The position numbers and the translations under genes were made by a program. Positions 26,400 through 38,470 of a stretch of DNA of 64,000 nt are shown here, piece by piece (within the stretch, counting starts at the first letter, position 1; every line of letters starts with the position of its first letter). Source of the stretch: Lama guanicoe (taxonomy: Eukaryota); NCBI GenBank assembly GCA_013239625.1, contig MU053881.1, forward strand, positions 12,600,879-12,664,878, read 5' to 3'. The notes under the pieces were generated by a model. The model saw only the letters and a program-made list of their open reading frames with translations, was not told where the DNA came from and did not search any database.

Positions 26400-27210
26400 T
26401 TGCCTGGAGTATTAAGGAAGATTCCTTCCTGCTCTCTCTGCAGCCCAGCCTCCCTCCAGTTCACTGTGGGCTGCTTCCTAAACCATGCACCTTCTCTGCT
26501 CTTAAAACTTCCCGGTTTCTGACAGGGCGGTTGTTTACAATACTTTATTTAGCATTTAAAACCCCTTACATCTGGGTCCCAATATGAACCTCCTTCAGTC
26601 AATCTGAATTTATGGCTCTGCTCCTCTGTGCAAAGTAATTTTTCCTCTGTACATGCTATTTCATCTGCCTGGAATGCATTTCTCACCCACTATTTCTATT
26701 TGTCTGGAATGCTTTTTTTTTTTAACCCATCATTTCCTTTATAGACTTTCCATGTTTTTTTAAAGCCCAGCTGAAATGTTAACATCATTTGGATCTCGCT
26801 CTGACCCAGTAGTGAAACCTCTTTCCTTTGTGCTCCTGTAGCATCCAGTTATTTCAGAAACCATCTTTGACTTTTGTCCTATGCTTCCTCTCAGTGTAGA
26901 TACCTATATACTTGATTGCATATATTATATATATATAGGTATTCATTTCTTTCAAATGTTCATGTTTCTGAAGTTGGGGCTTACATTAAAAACTCTATGT
27001 GCATTTATTGATTTTCTTTTTTCCTATAGAATTTTTATTTTAATTTAACTCCAGCTGATGACATCTTATATGTTCAGTGAAATAATAGTCTGTGCCTTGT
27101 GTCCCTTTAATGTAATGTAGGTTTTTTGGGTGACAAGGACCATGTCTTACACAATTTTCTGTTTTCCACAGCTCCTTGCACATAATAGGTAATCAATAAA
27201 TGCTTTCAAT
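26400..27210 (+). mobile_element. L2 fragments, with a 3' end at ~27085-27210
   Basis: catgctatttcatctgcctggaatgc; gcacataataggtaatcaataaatg. Confidence 0.55.
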
Positions 27211-27739
27211 GGGAATAAAGTACATAAAATGATATAAAAATGAAAGATACAATATACTGTTCCTTGGGCTGTGTGTGAAATGAGACCCTGCACTTTGAAG
27301 GTTCTCTGGGAGGTCAAATCATAAATCCTTCTCCGATCTTTGTCCCACTTATGCCTGCTGTACACCTGTCATGATAGACTGGGAGGGAGATGAGGTACTT
27401 TGCCTCTCGTGATATTTTAAGCATGATCTGTTTATTTTTCCACTGAAGCGCAGCTACCACATTAATTTTTATGCCAGACTACTTAAGTAGGCAATAATAC
27501 CTTCCACCTTGCTTTATTTTGTTTCAGTAATCTTGCTCAGCCAGCAGGGAGCCCTATTAGTAGCTTTCTTGGAATCTATTTGCAACAGATCCTTTCTATT
27601 TACTGAGTATAACTCTTTGACGAGAGTCATCCAAACAGTTTTGATGCTTCTTTCTGGCCCTGAGTTGGAAGAAACATCAATTCAAATTGCTCTGAATAGA
27701 TTTCCAATTATTTCTCTGCTTAGAGCGTTGAGAGATTTA

Positions 27740-27809
27740 CCTGGGGATTGAACCCAGCACCTCATACATGCTAAGTATGTGCTCTACCACTGAGCTATAA
27801 CCTCCCCCC
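27740..27809 (-). mobile_element. vic-1-like SINE, tRNA-like head only (no tail)
   Basis: Minus strand ggggggaggttatagctcagtggtagagcacatacttagcatgtatgaggtgctgggttcaatccccag. Confidence 0.8.
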
Positions 27810-29853
27810 ACCGATGTTAAATAATTTAAGTTCTCTTATCTAGTAGTTGGTGGAGCTAGGGTTCACACAGACCGTTTTATTTTTCACATTCAACTTTTGA
27901 ATATATCTCAGGAATTTGTTGTATAAAAAAATGGAAGGTTGCCTGTAGCTTTTTCATAAATAATTCATCTACATTATATCGTCTGACAAAGTAGACCGAG
28001 AACTTTGTTCAGAGTTGACGTGGCAGATTCCTAAATGTCTTTCAGAAGCATTTTTAGATACATCATGCATGCGAGTTGTCTTCTCTGAATTTATTTTTTA
28101 ATTGAAATGTGTCCATAATCTTCTCATCTCTGAACTGCCAAATTATACCACAGTCTGTTGATCAAGATTGATTCTGAGCATGTGGGACACATTTTAAACA
28201 AGAAAGAACCTTGTTTGTTGATTTGTAATGTGATGGCTAATGCACTGGAAACAGATTGCATGGACATTAAACTTCTGGCCACACGTCTATGTTCAACAAC
28301 TCAAACAATAAATATTTGCCTTGAAGATTGCTTTTGCTGGAGGGGTGCAAACTGCCACGGCTTCACGTTTTTTTGTACTCCTGTTCTTTAAAAAAAAAAA
28401 ACTTTGACTTGAATATAAACACTGGCAAAGAAACAGTATCATTTTAATATACATTTTGGGAGCCTAGTTTGGTGATGTACTTCTGGAACAGAAGCTAGAG
28501 TATAATCAGTCTGCTAACAGGAGCAGAAAGTCATTTCTTCAAATGACTCTACAGCCACCTTGTTAATGTTGAGGATGATTTGAGCTGACTGATCAGATTG
28601 CTGCCTTCTTTCTACAAGAGGTCTCAGTGCATGAAATGGTTGCATATGCAATTCAGGTTTCCATGATTTCCAGCAACCTAATGATGCACAGAAAGCTGAC
28701 ATAAAATTCCCACTTTTTCCTGGATAGAATATGCACATTTTCACTCTAAACATCTGCCTTTCAGAGACAGGAGAGTGTGGTTGATGGAAAGATGAGAGCT
28801 TAATGCCTCTTTAGTGGTTTGGTTTTCTAATAAATTATTTCAAAATTGTCTTTCTAGTGCTCTGAGGACCCTTCAACATCATGGTATATAGCTTCAGGAT
28901 GGAAAAGGGGTAGGAGAGGCAGCTTAGCTTAACATTCCAGACGATGCTCCACTCCACTTTAAGCTTATGATTCCAGACAAGTATGTGAGTGATTTATGTT
29001 CTAATCACAGCTCTGTAATTCAACAGCAACACTTTATACAGTCCCCTTTCCTCTCTCAATTTTCACAAACCATAGTATCCCTGAATATTGCATTCTCTCC
29101 CCTTACTTCCTGCCTTACCAAGCCCCAGACCATGTGTGTAATGTTTTTTGAAGCATCCTCTGTCCTCCAGTCAGGCATCACTATGCCTATTGTCCAAATT
29201 CAGAGCAAAATCCTGGGGACTGAGTTTACCAAGACGGTAGAGAAGAAGAAAGGGAAAGAGAATGAGCAGAAAAGACCAAATTCTTTATAAGTGGAGGTGA
29301 CTAAGAAGACTAGGATCAGTCATAATTTAAACCTTTTTTGTCTCCGTCAGAATATTCGTACCTAGGATCATGCCTGTTAATATGAGGGGCTTTGTAATGG
29401 TCAAGCCAGATAAAAACAGCATGCCTGTAACCGGTAGTGTGTTCATGAGTGATTCAGAGATGTGAAAACAGACCTTTGAGAAAGTGTAATTTTTACTGTC
29501 ACACATAAGAACCAAGATATTACTATAGTAATTAATTATTCTGATTCGTGATTCTGAAGATAATATTTTAAGTTTGCCTTTGGCTTGGAGTTTATACTGA
29601 AAACATAATGGAGTTGATGAAAGTTTCCCTTTCTTTCTTCTGGAGAATGTCTACCCCTTTTTATGTCATTTATGTCACAGTGGAGCTTTTGAGCAAGCAG
29701 GTTTCCTTCCTAACTTGATGAGCTGAAATGGGATGACTTTTACATTTTTCTTCCTAGAGTCTTGAGCTAGTTATAGAGGGTTAATTTCCTCTTTCTTAGC
29801 CTTTAAGGCCTGCCCAGTCCATCTTGGTTCTCACTATATATTTACAGGTACTG

Positions 29854-30080
29854 TTTTTTTTTTTTAATTGAAGTATAGTCAGTTTACAATGTTGTGCCAA
29901 TTTCTGATGTGCAGCATAATAATTCAGTCATATAGGAACATACATATATTCGTTTTCATATTCTTTTTCATTATAGGTGACTGCAAGGTATTGAATATAG
30001 TTCCCTGTGCTATACAGGAGGACCTTGTTGTGTATTTATTTATATATAGTTGTTAGTATCTGCAAATCTTGAACTCCCAA
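29854..30080 (-). mobile_element. Short cetartiodactyl-type L1 3' end
   Basis: poly-T, aattgaagtatagtcagtttacaatgttgtg, ttgaatatagttccctgtgctatacag; homologous to 52745-53095. Confidence 0.85.
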
Positions 30081-30564
30081 GGCAGATGCTGAGCTCCTAC
30101 TGTGTTCCATCCACTGTGTGGGTACAGGTTCCGTGTCTCTGCCGCAGTTTTGCTTTTAGACTCAGAACCAGTGTTCAGCAGAACGAACCCTTAACTCATG
30201 TCTACTCTGCTGAAATATGCTTGTCCAAGTTTTTATGTTCAAAATTCTCCTGAGAATAGGGAACATGGTAATCAAAGGGCTAACCCTCTTCCTTCCGTTC
30301 CTCTGTCCTATACTATCTTCGCTTGTGAAAACATTTCCTCTCATCTTTTTTCCTCCCAATATGGGTGTTAAGTTTCACCTCCGTATTTATTTTTATTTTC
30401 TAAGTGGGTATCACTTTCTTGATTGCATATGTAAGACACCTGCCCAGTTTGTTCCTAATCTTGGGCAAAGGGCATGAGGGCATAGGTAAGTGGGTTGGTG
30501 AAGGACCAAACTGTAACTTACTTGAAGATGTACTTGCACAGTGAGATCGATCTGTTTCTGGTCG

Positions 30565-30790
30565 TCAGTCTTAGTTTGGGTCCCCCTAGAAGTGGATCCT
30601 GAGATAAGGGAAGGACTTGAGTGCAAGTAGTTTGCTTGGCAGGTGCAGGAAACGCAAGCAGGGAAGTGGGGAAGGAGCGCAAGGAAGGTGAGGGAGCCAG
30701 TGCGGGAAGCACTATCAAGGCAGCCACTGCTACTGGTAACCAGATCTTAACACCGCTGGGAAATTTTGAAAAACGGTGTAAAACCCACAC
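30565..30790 (-). mobile_element. LTR16/LTR33-like ERVL LTR fragment
   Basis: gtcttagtttgggtccccctagaagtggatcctgagataagg...ttgagtgcaagtagttt. Confidence 0.6.
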
Positions 30791-32329
30791 CTTGCCTGCG
30801 GGGTAAGCAAGCAGGGCATTTAGGAACATAGCAGCTCCATTCAGCCATTGCTTTAGACTGCTCTCTAGGGTAGAGGTGTTAAGTCCCTGGCACCGGAGGT
30901 CTGCAGGGTGCAGGCACGGCAGCCTTCCAAGTCTTCAAAGTCTCCTGAGTAAAGAGATGCAGACACAGGCAGAGGGTATTTGTGCAGGAGCAAACTGAAG
31001 TGAGAAGACCCAAGGAACGTGGGCAGGGGACCAGCAGTATCTGCTGCAGACCGACAGTCCACAATTTTTATTTTCATGATTTCCAGCCACTTGGCACGTG
31101 TGAAGCACTTAGCACATATTTCTTGGCCCATTTTAAGCACTCAGAAGTTTACTTTCTTCCTATTCTTTTTGGTAAATAAAATTTCTGCATCACCAAATAA
31201 CTTTGGACTTGATTCATCTTCATACCTCTGATATTTAATTTATCAATAACAGGATTAGTTCAAAATCAGTCTTATCAAGTAATACTTCAGGGCATTGTTT
31301 ATCGGATCAAAACTGTTTTAGGAAGGTCTATTATGGTCGTGCTATTTGTGACTGGAACTTCTTTATACATTTCTAATGTGAAGAGTAGACATATGTTAAC
31401 CCACTTGTGGAATTATAAAATGCTAGAGCTAAAAATAACCATAGCGATTATGTAATCAGGCCACTTGCTACCACCTGGTAGCTGTTTAGCAGACGAGGAA
31501 ACTAAGGGTCAGCAACAATCATTTGCTTAGAGTTGTGAAAATAGTCTTTTCTTCCTATAACCTTACATAAAACTGAAGCGAACTCTGGTTCTGGGGTAAA
31601 GTTTTTTTTTTTTCTGGGACTGAAGATTAGATTATAAACTTCTAGAATGAAGGTCTCTGCATCTTGAGTTGTTGGCTGTGTCTTGGAAATGAAACCACCT
31701 GTTCCTGGGGCTGCTTTTGTCCTCGAGGCAGAAGCACCACCATGATGGGGCTTCCTTGTTCCAGTGACTCTTATGTGCGGTTCAGATGCTGTACTTATTG
31801 TTCTTTTTATAAACGTAGGCTTAGCTTTCATTATCCACATCCTCCTTGCACCTGGTCTGCTGGCCCCCTTTTACCTTCAGCAGTCTGCTTTGATGCTTGA
31901 GTTCTCATTAATTTTACTTCCAGCAAATTCCCTGGACTGGCTTCTACTCTAAAGACTTGTTATTAAAACTGAGAAGAGTAAAGTGTATAAGCAAATGGGA
32001 ATACTTTAAATTTGTTTTCTCCCATCTTGATTCCTACTAGATATTGAAGATTTATAATAAAGCAATGTAGATTGAAGACCCAGACATTTAAATATGAACT
32101 TTCTTTTGATTTTACTCATTGTTGCATGAGTCTCAGCATTGAGGCTACAGAGCCTGTCAAATTTTTCTTGGGAATTCTTGAAGGACTACTAGAATTCCTG
32201 AATAAGAACAAATTTCCTTAGGTGATAATGAATGTTTAACTGTTAAGACAAAAATCTGTTTTTTTTTTCGTATGCATGACACTAAATTAAAAAGTATTCT
32301 CAAACAGAATAATCCAAAAGCTAGAAGAT

Positions 32330-32720
32330 GACCAAAAAGAATCCCAATCATACAGAAGTTAAGAAATTCACTCCCAGATTATTCTTGAATCCAAGAGAAG
32401 ACAGTGAACGTTTCAGACTCTTTAGAAAGCAACTTAATGAGACGTATCATACACAAAACTATGGATTATAAGCTGTAATCAGAGTCCTACTGCTTACTTT
32501 AGGAAAGAAGGCAAAAAGAAAGGAATTAAGAAGTTAGAAAAAAGAAGGACAAAGAAAGCAAGAAGAGAAAAATAGAAATAAAAGTTATTTATGAAAAAGA
32601 AAGCAAAAATTAAAAAAATGCTAGAGAAGATAAATGTTAATCTGGTTCTTTGAAAATGGCAGTGACATTGTTACCCCTTAAAGTCTATCAAGAAAAATGA
32701 GAGTAAAAATATTGAAAATG
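32330..32720 (+). mobile_element. Ancient L1 ORF2 fragment
   Basis: A-rich; agagaagataaat...ctggttctttgaaaa. Confidence 0.45.
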
Positions 32721-32734
32721 ACCAGAGTAGCTAG

Positions 32735-32915
32735 TTAGCATCTCATTTCATTAAATCTTCACAGACCCCTTTGAGATGGGCACTGCTTTTATCCTCATTT
32801 GACCTGTGAGGAAGCTGAGGCTGAGAGAGATTAGAGGGAGCACGTAATGTGTGCAAGATTGCACAGCTGGGACTCCACCCCAGGAATTCAACTCCAGCAT
32901 CTTCCTTCCTAACCA
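32735..32915 (-). mobile_element. MIR
   Basis: atctcatttcattaaatcttcacag...tgaggaagctgaggctgagagag. Confidence 0.7.
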
Positions 32916-35074
32916 TTGGCTGGAGATGGCAGCTCTTATTTATTTATTTTTTGGGTTATAGTTCTAATGGGAAACCCCAATGTTGGAGGTCTATAAATCT
33001 CCCTTCTAAGAATTCTAGTGTGAGAACAACTCCTACTGGCTGGCATCAAACTTTTGAAAATTTTGTTGTTGCAAATGCATAGATGTATCTTTTGGACAAT
33101 CACCTACTACAAATGTGGGAGATTTAGTATCTGGTGGAGGTGGTGAAGCTGAACTCCTTTCAGCCCCAAGGTTCTGTCGTTCCTGTGGTTAACAGGATGA
33201 ACTTTGGAGAAGGGACTAGATTCTCTCGCCTGTAGAGTCTGACCATGGCTATAGAGGGATGTTATCAGCTGGTGGGAGTTTTAGTAACATGAATTCTGCA
33301 AAGTTGGATCTCTTCCTCCCTCTACTGAAAAGTCTTCTTAGGACTAAAGAAAAAAAAAAGATTTAATGAGGAAAAAAAAATCCTATGGCCGTGGATGAGG
33401 CTTTAAACTAGAAAGACTCTTTACTAAAACTACGTTATTTTTCTCTTCACACTTATATGCTCATTGCCTTGATCATGCAGTTTCTGAGTCTCTTCAACTG
33501 TCTGCTTGTTTTCTTGTTAATACGAACCATGAATATGATATCTGAATCTGGTTTAACAACTTGAACTTCTATTACCACCACAAATAAAACTGATACATTC
33601 CCTCAGCACAGCATACACATCCTTTCAGGATAAGATATTGTGCTTGGAATTATGCAGGTACAATTTCCTAATATTTAACTAAAAGTATTATCAATTCTAG
33701 CATTTCAGAATACTCTTTGATGAAAGAAAGGGTGTTATATTATACATATAAAATCAAATAATTTTGGAAGGAATATAGGATCTGTTCCTTGGTTGGGTGC
33801 CCATAACCATCTGGCCTCAATGAAGGGAAATATCCAACTATTTCCCTTGGAAGCTGGTAAAACATTTAAAGCAACATAGTAAAATGAATTAATCAGTTAT
33901 TAATAGGGTAGCAAGTAGCATGGGTGTTAAATCAATTATCTGATTAAGTAATAATTATTGAATTAGCAAAAAATATGTAAGGAATCCTTTTAGAGAACTG
34001 TAATGTCAGCTGCTTGTGTCAAATCCTTGTCTTGATTTTCCTTATGCACTTGAAGTGCTTGGCAAGGACCGGCACCTAGTAGGTTCTCAAATATTTGCTT
34101 GAAAGAAGAAAGGCTTATTTATTTACACTGGTGAAATATGTTAATGAAGAGCAAACATTTGAGATACAAGGCAGAAAGGATTCTCTCTCTTTGTTGGGAA
34201 TCGGCTGAGAACTAAAGCATGTAATACGATTAGTCAGGTTTTTCTCAGGACTCTTGAGTGGCTCTGCAGAAAGGCACAGATGTAATCATGGGTTAGAAAT
34301 TCTTTGCAGAAGTAATGAAGCCTATAAACTTGGAAGATTAAAAGAGATTCACTTCTAAAGGGTTGCAGTGGACTTTGTTAACTTAATGAAATTATATGTC
34401 TGATCTATTTTAAGTCTGGTGGCAAAGGTTTCTTTTTATGAGATTGAATTGGAAAATTCTCATTTAGACCACCATGGCATATTAAGTTATGAAAGTATTT
34501 CTTCCAGGCTTGTGGGAATTTTAAATCTAGATTCCTTTCAGTGGAATACAGATTTTTAAAGAGCGAGTAAATATGTTTCTTAATTTTTCAGCAATATGCA
34601 AAAATCAAACAACTGGGGCACTAGTGATTAGAGAGTCATTTCAGTTATAGCCCTCAAGTTTTCCCGGAAAAAGAGTGGGTGGAGGGGGGAACTAAAATTT
34701 TAGAATTTTAAATGTCACATTGCAGGTGATTATTAATTCACAATATTTTTAGCTGAGTTCTCCATAATCAGAGCTCATCAGACTATTGACTATATTCAAA
34801 AGCTAAGTAATTAAAAGGAAGAAATCAACACCACGAGTTAAATTTACCTAATCTCCATGAATATTCTGACCCGTATCATTAGCTTTTGTGACTACCTGGG
34901 ATAAAACTTGGATTCCTGTTTAATAGTTTGCTTAGAAGGCAGTTATTCCAAGGCCACCACCAGCTAGATCTTAAGGCCAATTAAGATTTGGTGAAAAGAA
35001 GATCTTACCAGGTGATGTTCAAATGGCTTGGGGTCTGTTTGACCTATGTCAGGTGACAATGTATGTTCAATGAC

Positions 35075-36235
35075 TATTTTTTCTTTAATTCATTATTTAA
35101 ATATCTTTTTTCACAAGTAGGAAAGTAGTAATCTATGCTCACTGTTTCCAGTGAAAAATGAAGCAAAGGTGCACCAAGAGAGAGGTTATTTCTCCCACCC
35201 TTCTCCTTTCCTACCTTAAAAAACGTTAATGTCATCATTCCACGACTCCCTGCGTTCATGTGCAAAAGTATGAGTACATGTCAAAAACATGTATACTTTA
35301 TGTGTTTTTTTTATAAAAATGTATCACATTAAATATACTATTCTGATATTTAATTTTCTCATTTAACAAGATGAATAGACGTCTCAAGACAATTGATATA
35401 GATCTAACCATTTATCAGCAGTACCTGGATGACTTGTTAAAGGACAGATTACCGGGCCCCATCCTCAGAGATTCCTATTCTGTAGGCCTGGGATGGGGCC
35501 AGAGAACATGCTTTTCTAGCAAGTTCCTGGGTGATACTGAGGCTGCCAATCCGGGGGTCCCACTTTGAGAATCACTGATCCAACCTGTTCCTTTTGATGG
35601 CTATGGACTAGTAGTGGAGTAAATGTGTGGTGTTTTATCCAGCCGTTTCCCCTATTGGTATCCCTTGATTTTTTCTTTTATTCTGCTACCATAAAATAGT
35701 GTTGCAGTAGACATCTTTGTTCATATAACACAAGGATTTTTATTTCTAAAGGATAAATTCCCAAACTGAGACTAATAGGTCAAAGGTGGTAAGCATTTAC
35801 AGTTTTAATAGCTTGGTTACTTTCCGAGAGGGGTCATTGCAATTCATGAATTATTACTGATTGGCAATTATATATCCCTGTTTTCTGATCAGGGCTGTAT
35901 TGTCACTATATGATTATTTCTATGTGAGATAAATGAAAAAAAGGACATTTTATTGTTGTTTTAACTTGCATTCCTCTAAGCCCTAGAGAAGTTAAGAGAA
36001 TTTTTGTGTCCTTACTGGCCATTAAGATTTCTTCTTCTGTCTTTGCCACTTTGTCCATTTTCCCTTCAGTTACTTCTCTTTTTCTTAATTATTTCTGAAG
36101 ATCTTTTTGCGTGAGTATTAACCCTTTATCTGACATAGGGATTGAAAATATTTTCCCCAGTTTCTCATTTCTCTTTAACTCGGTTTACGGTATATTTGCC
36201 ATGAAAGGTGCTTAATTTTTATGTAATGAAACATT
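35075..36235 (-). mobile_element. L1ME-type 3' fragment, interrupted by MER5A
   Basis: ttttattgttgttttaacttgcattcctcta; ttactggccatt; ttaaccctttatctg. Confidence 0.65.
35409..35577. mobile_element. MER5A
   Basis: ttgttaaaggacagattaccgggccccatcctcagagattc...cactttgagaatcactg; flanks atctaac/atccaac. Confidence 0.8.
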
Positions 36236-36302
36236 ACATAGGGCCTTTAGTTTGCATGACCAAATGGAAACCCAGTTTCTCTTTAAAAACCATTCGTTCC
36301 TT

Positions 36303-36780
36303 CTGTGGTAGCTAGTTTATTTTTAGTGTTTGGCTGCTCAGGATTGATTTTTCCTGTCATGGGTGAAAAAGCATTGTGATTTCCCACTCTTGTGAGTGTG
36401 TTTCACATTGAGGTGAACTATGTCCCCCTCCTCCAGGCCTGGACTCATATGAACACATCATTATGCACATTCTCACCCTCTAAGACTGAGCAAGTAATCC
36501 AAGCCAAGTGTGGGTGAATTTGGGGATTTTACTACAATGAGAAAAAAGAAGTTCTCTCTCTCAGCCTCTCTCTTTCTCTCTGTTATTCTCTAGGATTTTG
36601 AAAATGAGAGAAGAAAATTATAGTAAAGAGGTGGAGGGATAAAGGGGAAGTGGAGAGAGATGAAAGGAACAGGAGGGGCAAGACAGATCCAGCTGTGCCT
36701 GAAGCAGGAGCTTCTGCTGGACTTTTTACTACCCTGAGCCCATCACTTCCGTTGATGAGTGTGTCTTCCTTTACTCTTTT
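36303..36780 (+). mobile_element. Old MLT1 LTR
   Basis: gatccagctgtgcctgaagc...ggactttt. Confidence 0.5.
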
Positions 36781-38144
36781 TTAAGGGCACTGATCCAGCT
36801 ATTTGTTTTCCATTTTATAAGTAGTATTCAGTCATCTAGAATGTACTCTTAAGCTTTAAGGTAAAATAATTTTCCAGTCATCACAAATAATTTGGAACCA
36901 AATAAACACATTTGATCTTTTCTTAGCATTTACTATTATGAAATATTTACTATTACAACCTACCTTCACACAAGGTAGGTTGTTGTCTCTTTGATAAAGT
37001 AGAGACCAGAGATAAGAGAAGACTTTTGTTCTCGTCCCTTCCTCACCTTCGAGCTTTGGCTGTTGTATTAGCAGTCTAATGGTGACAAGTGATTTGGATT
37101 CCCTGGTCACCTCATTAATCACGTTAATGATGTCAGACACCAGAAAGGAAGACAGAGAAATCACTTGCCTTATCATCTAATGTCTTTCCATTAGGGACCC
37201 AGTCAAAGAATTTTAAAGGCATTGATGTTGGCAACAAATAGGCAGTTGATATTAAATCGGCTGAAAGCAATGATGAAGCAGCCAGATTCCAAACAAGCTA
37301 GCAGTGACCTGGTGGGACCTCAAATAAGAAGGTGTTGGAATCTTTAAAAGTTCAACTTACTTTTTGCTTTGATGGAATTACTTTAATGCAGGGGTAGTGA
37401 GAGTGGGCAGAGGTTGGAGTGGAGACCGATTGGGTTTTAATCATTTATCAATGTTTAAATTATTTTCCAGGAAAGTTCTTTAGGAGGTTAGAGGACAGAT
37501 TATTGTTTGAAAAGATAATCATTAACTCTGGGACTGATGTTTATTTGCACAACTCATTCCTATGCTTGATGGAGCTCCCAAATATATTATTGGACCTAAT
37601 ATGAAAAAAGGGTCACGTCTCTTGTAGGAATGGCCGAGAGTCACATCCTGGCATAAAAATGACGCTTAGTGTTGAAGAGAAGTTGAAAATTATGTTGTAA
37701 CATAGATCATCTTCCCAGAAGGATCCCAACAGTGAATTTAAACTTAGGGTCAGTGCAGCATTTGCCTAATAAGGTAGACTTGGTTCAATTTGATTAGAGA
37801 TAGATGAGTACAAAAAGGCTAAAACATACCTCAGTATAGCATTAAATTAAGTGCTGGGAGCCAGTTGTCAACAAAGATATATAACTCCCACTGAAAAATG
37901 TAGAAATATACTACATCTGCCTTTCATTTTATTCATGCCACGTGAACAGCAGTAATGCATTAAGGACACCAGAGGCATTTAAACTTCTCTTTAAGTACAG
38001 TGATAAGCATTTGGTTAAATTGTGTTTTATATCCTGTTCTAAGAAAATGTTCATGATGTGGTCAAGTACTGTACTAGGCACATATCAATACTGAAGAAAC
38101 AAAATCTGTCTCTAATTTTTATTCCTTGGGAAACCACTGTACTC

Positions 38145-38470
38145 TTCACTCATTCATTCCTTAACAAATATTCTAGACATTCTTGTAGAAAATGGGAATC
38201 TAACCATACACATGATATACAAGTTTTCTATCCCCATATTCTTAGAGGGACTAAAAGACAATCAACAAGTGATCTAGATAATTTCAAATAGGAATAAGAA
38301 CCATGACAAACATAAAGCTTTACCTAGGGTATGGGGTTACCTCAGATTGGTCAGTTAAGAACATTTCTCTGAAAAGGTAATATTTGAGCTGAAACCCAAA
38401 TAAGGAGTTACCCCTGTGACAACTGGGTTAAGGAAGAACATTTCTAGAGGAAAGTGAGTGCAAAGTTGAG
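38145..38470 (-). mobile_element. L2 3' region
   Basis: ttcactcattcattccttaacaaatatt; tctctgaaaaggtaatatttgagctga. Confidence 0.65.

Noticed and set aside
33181..33235. TCR/Ig J-segment-like FGEGTRFS after ...ctgtg
   Set aside because: No nonamer at 12/23 spacing, in-frame stop instead of a splice donor, and no neighbouring J segments
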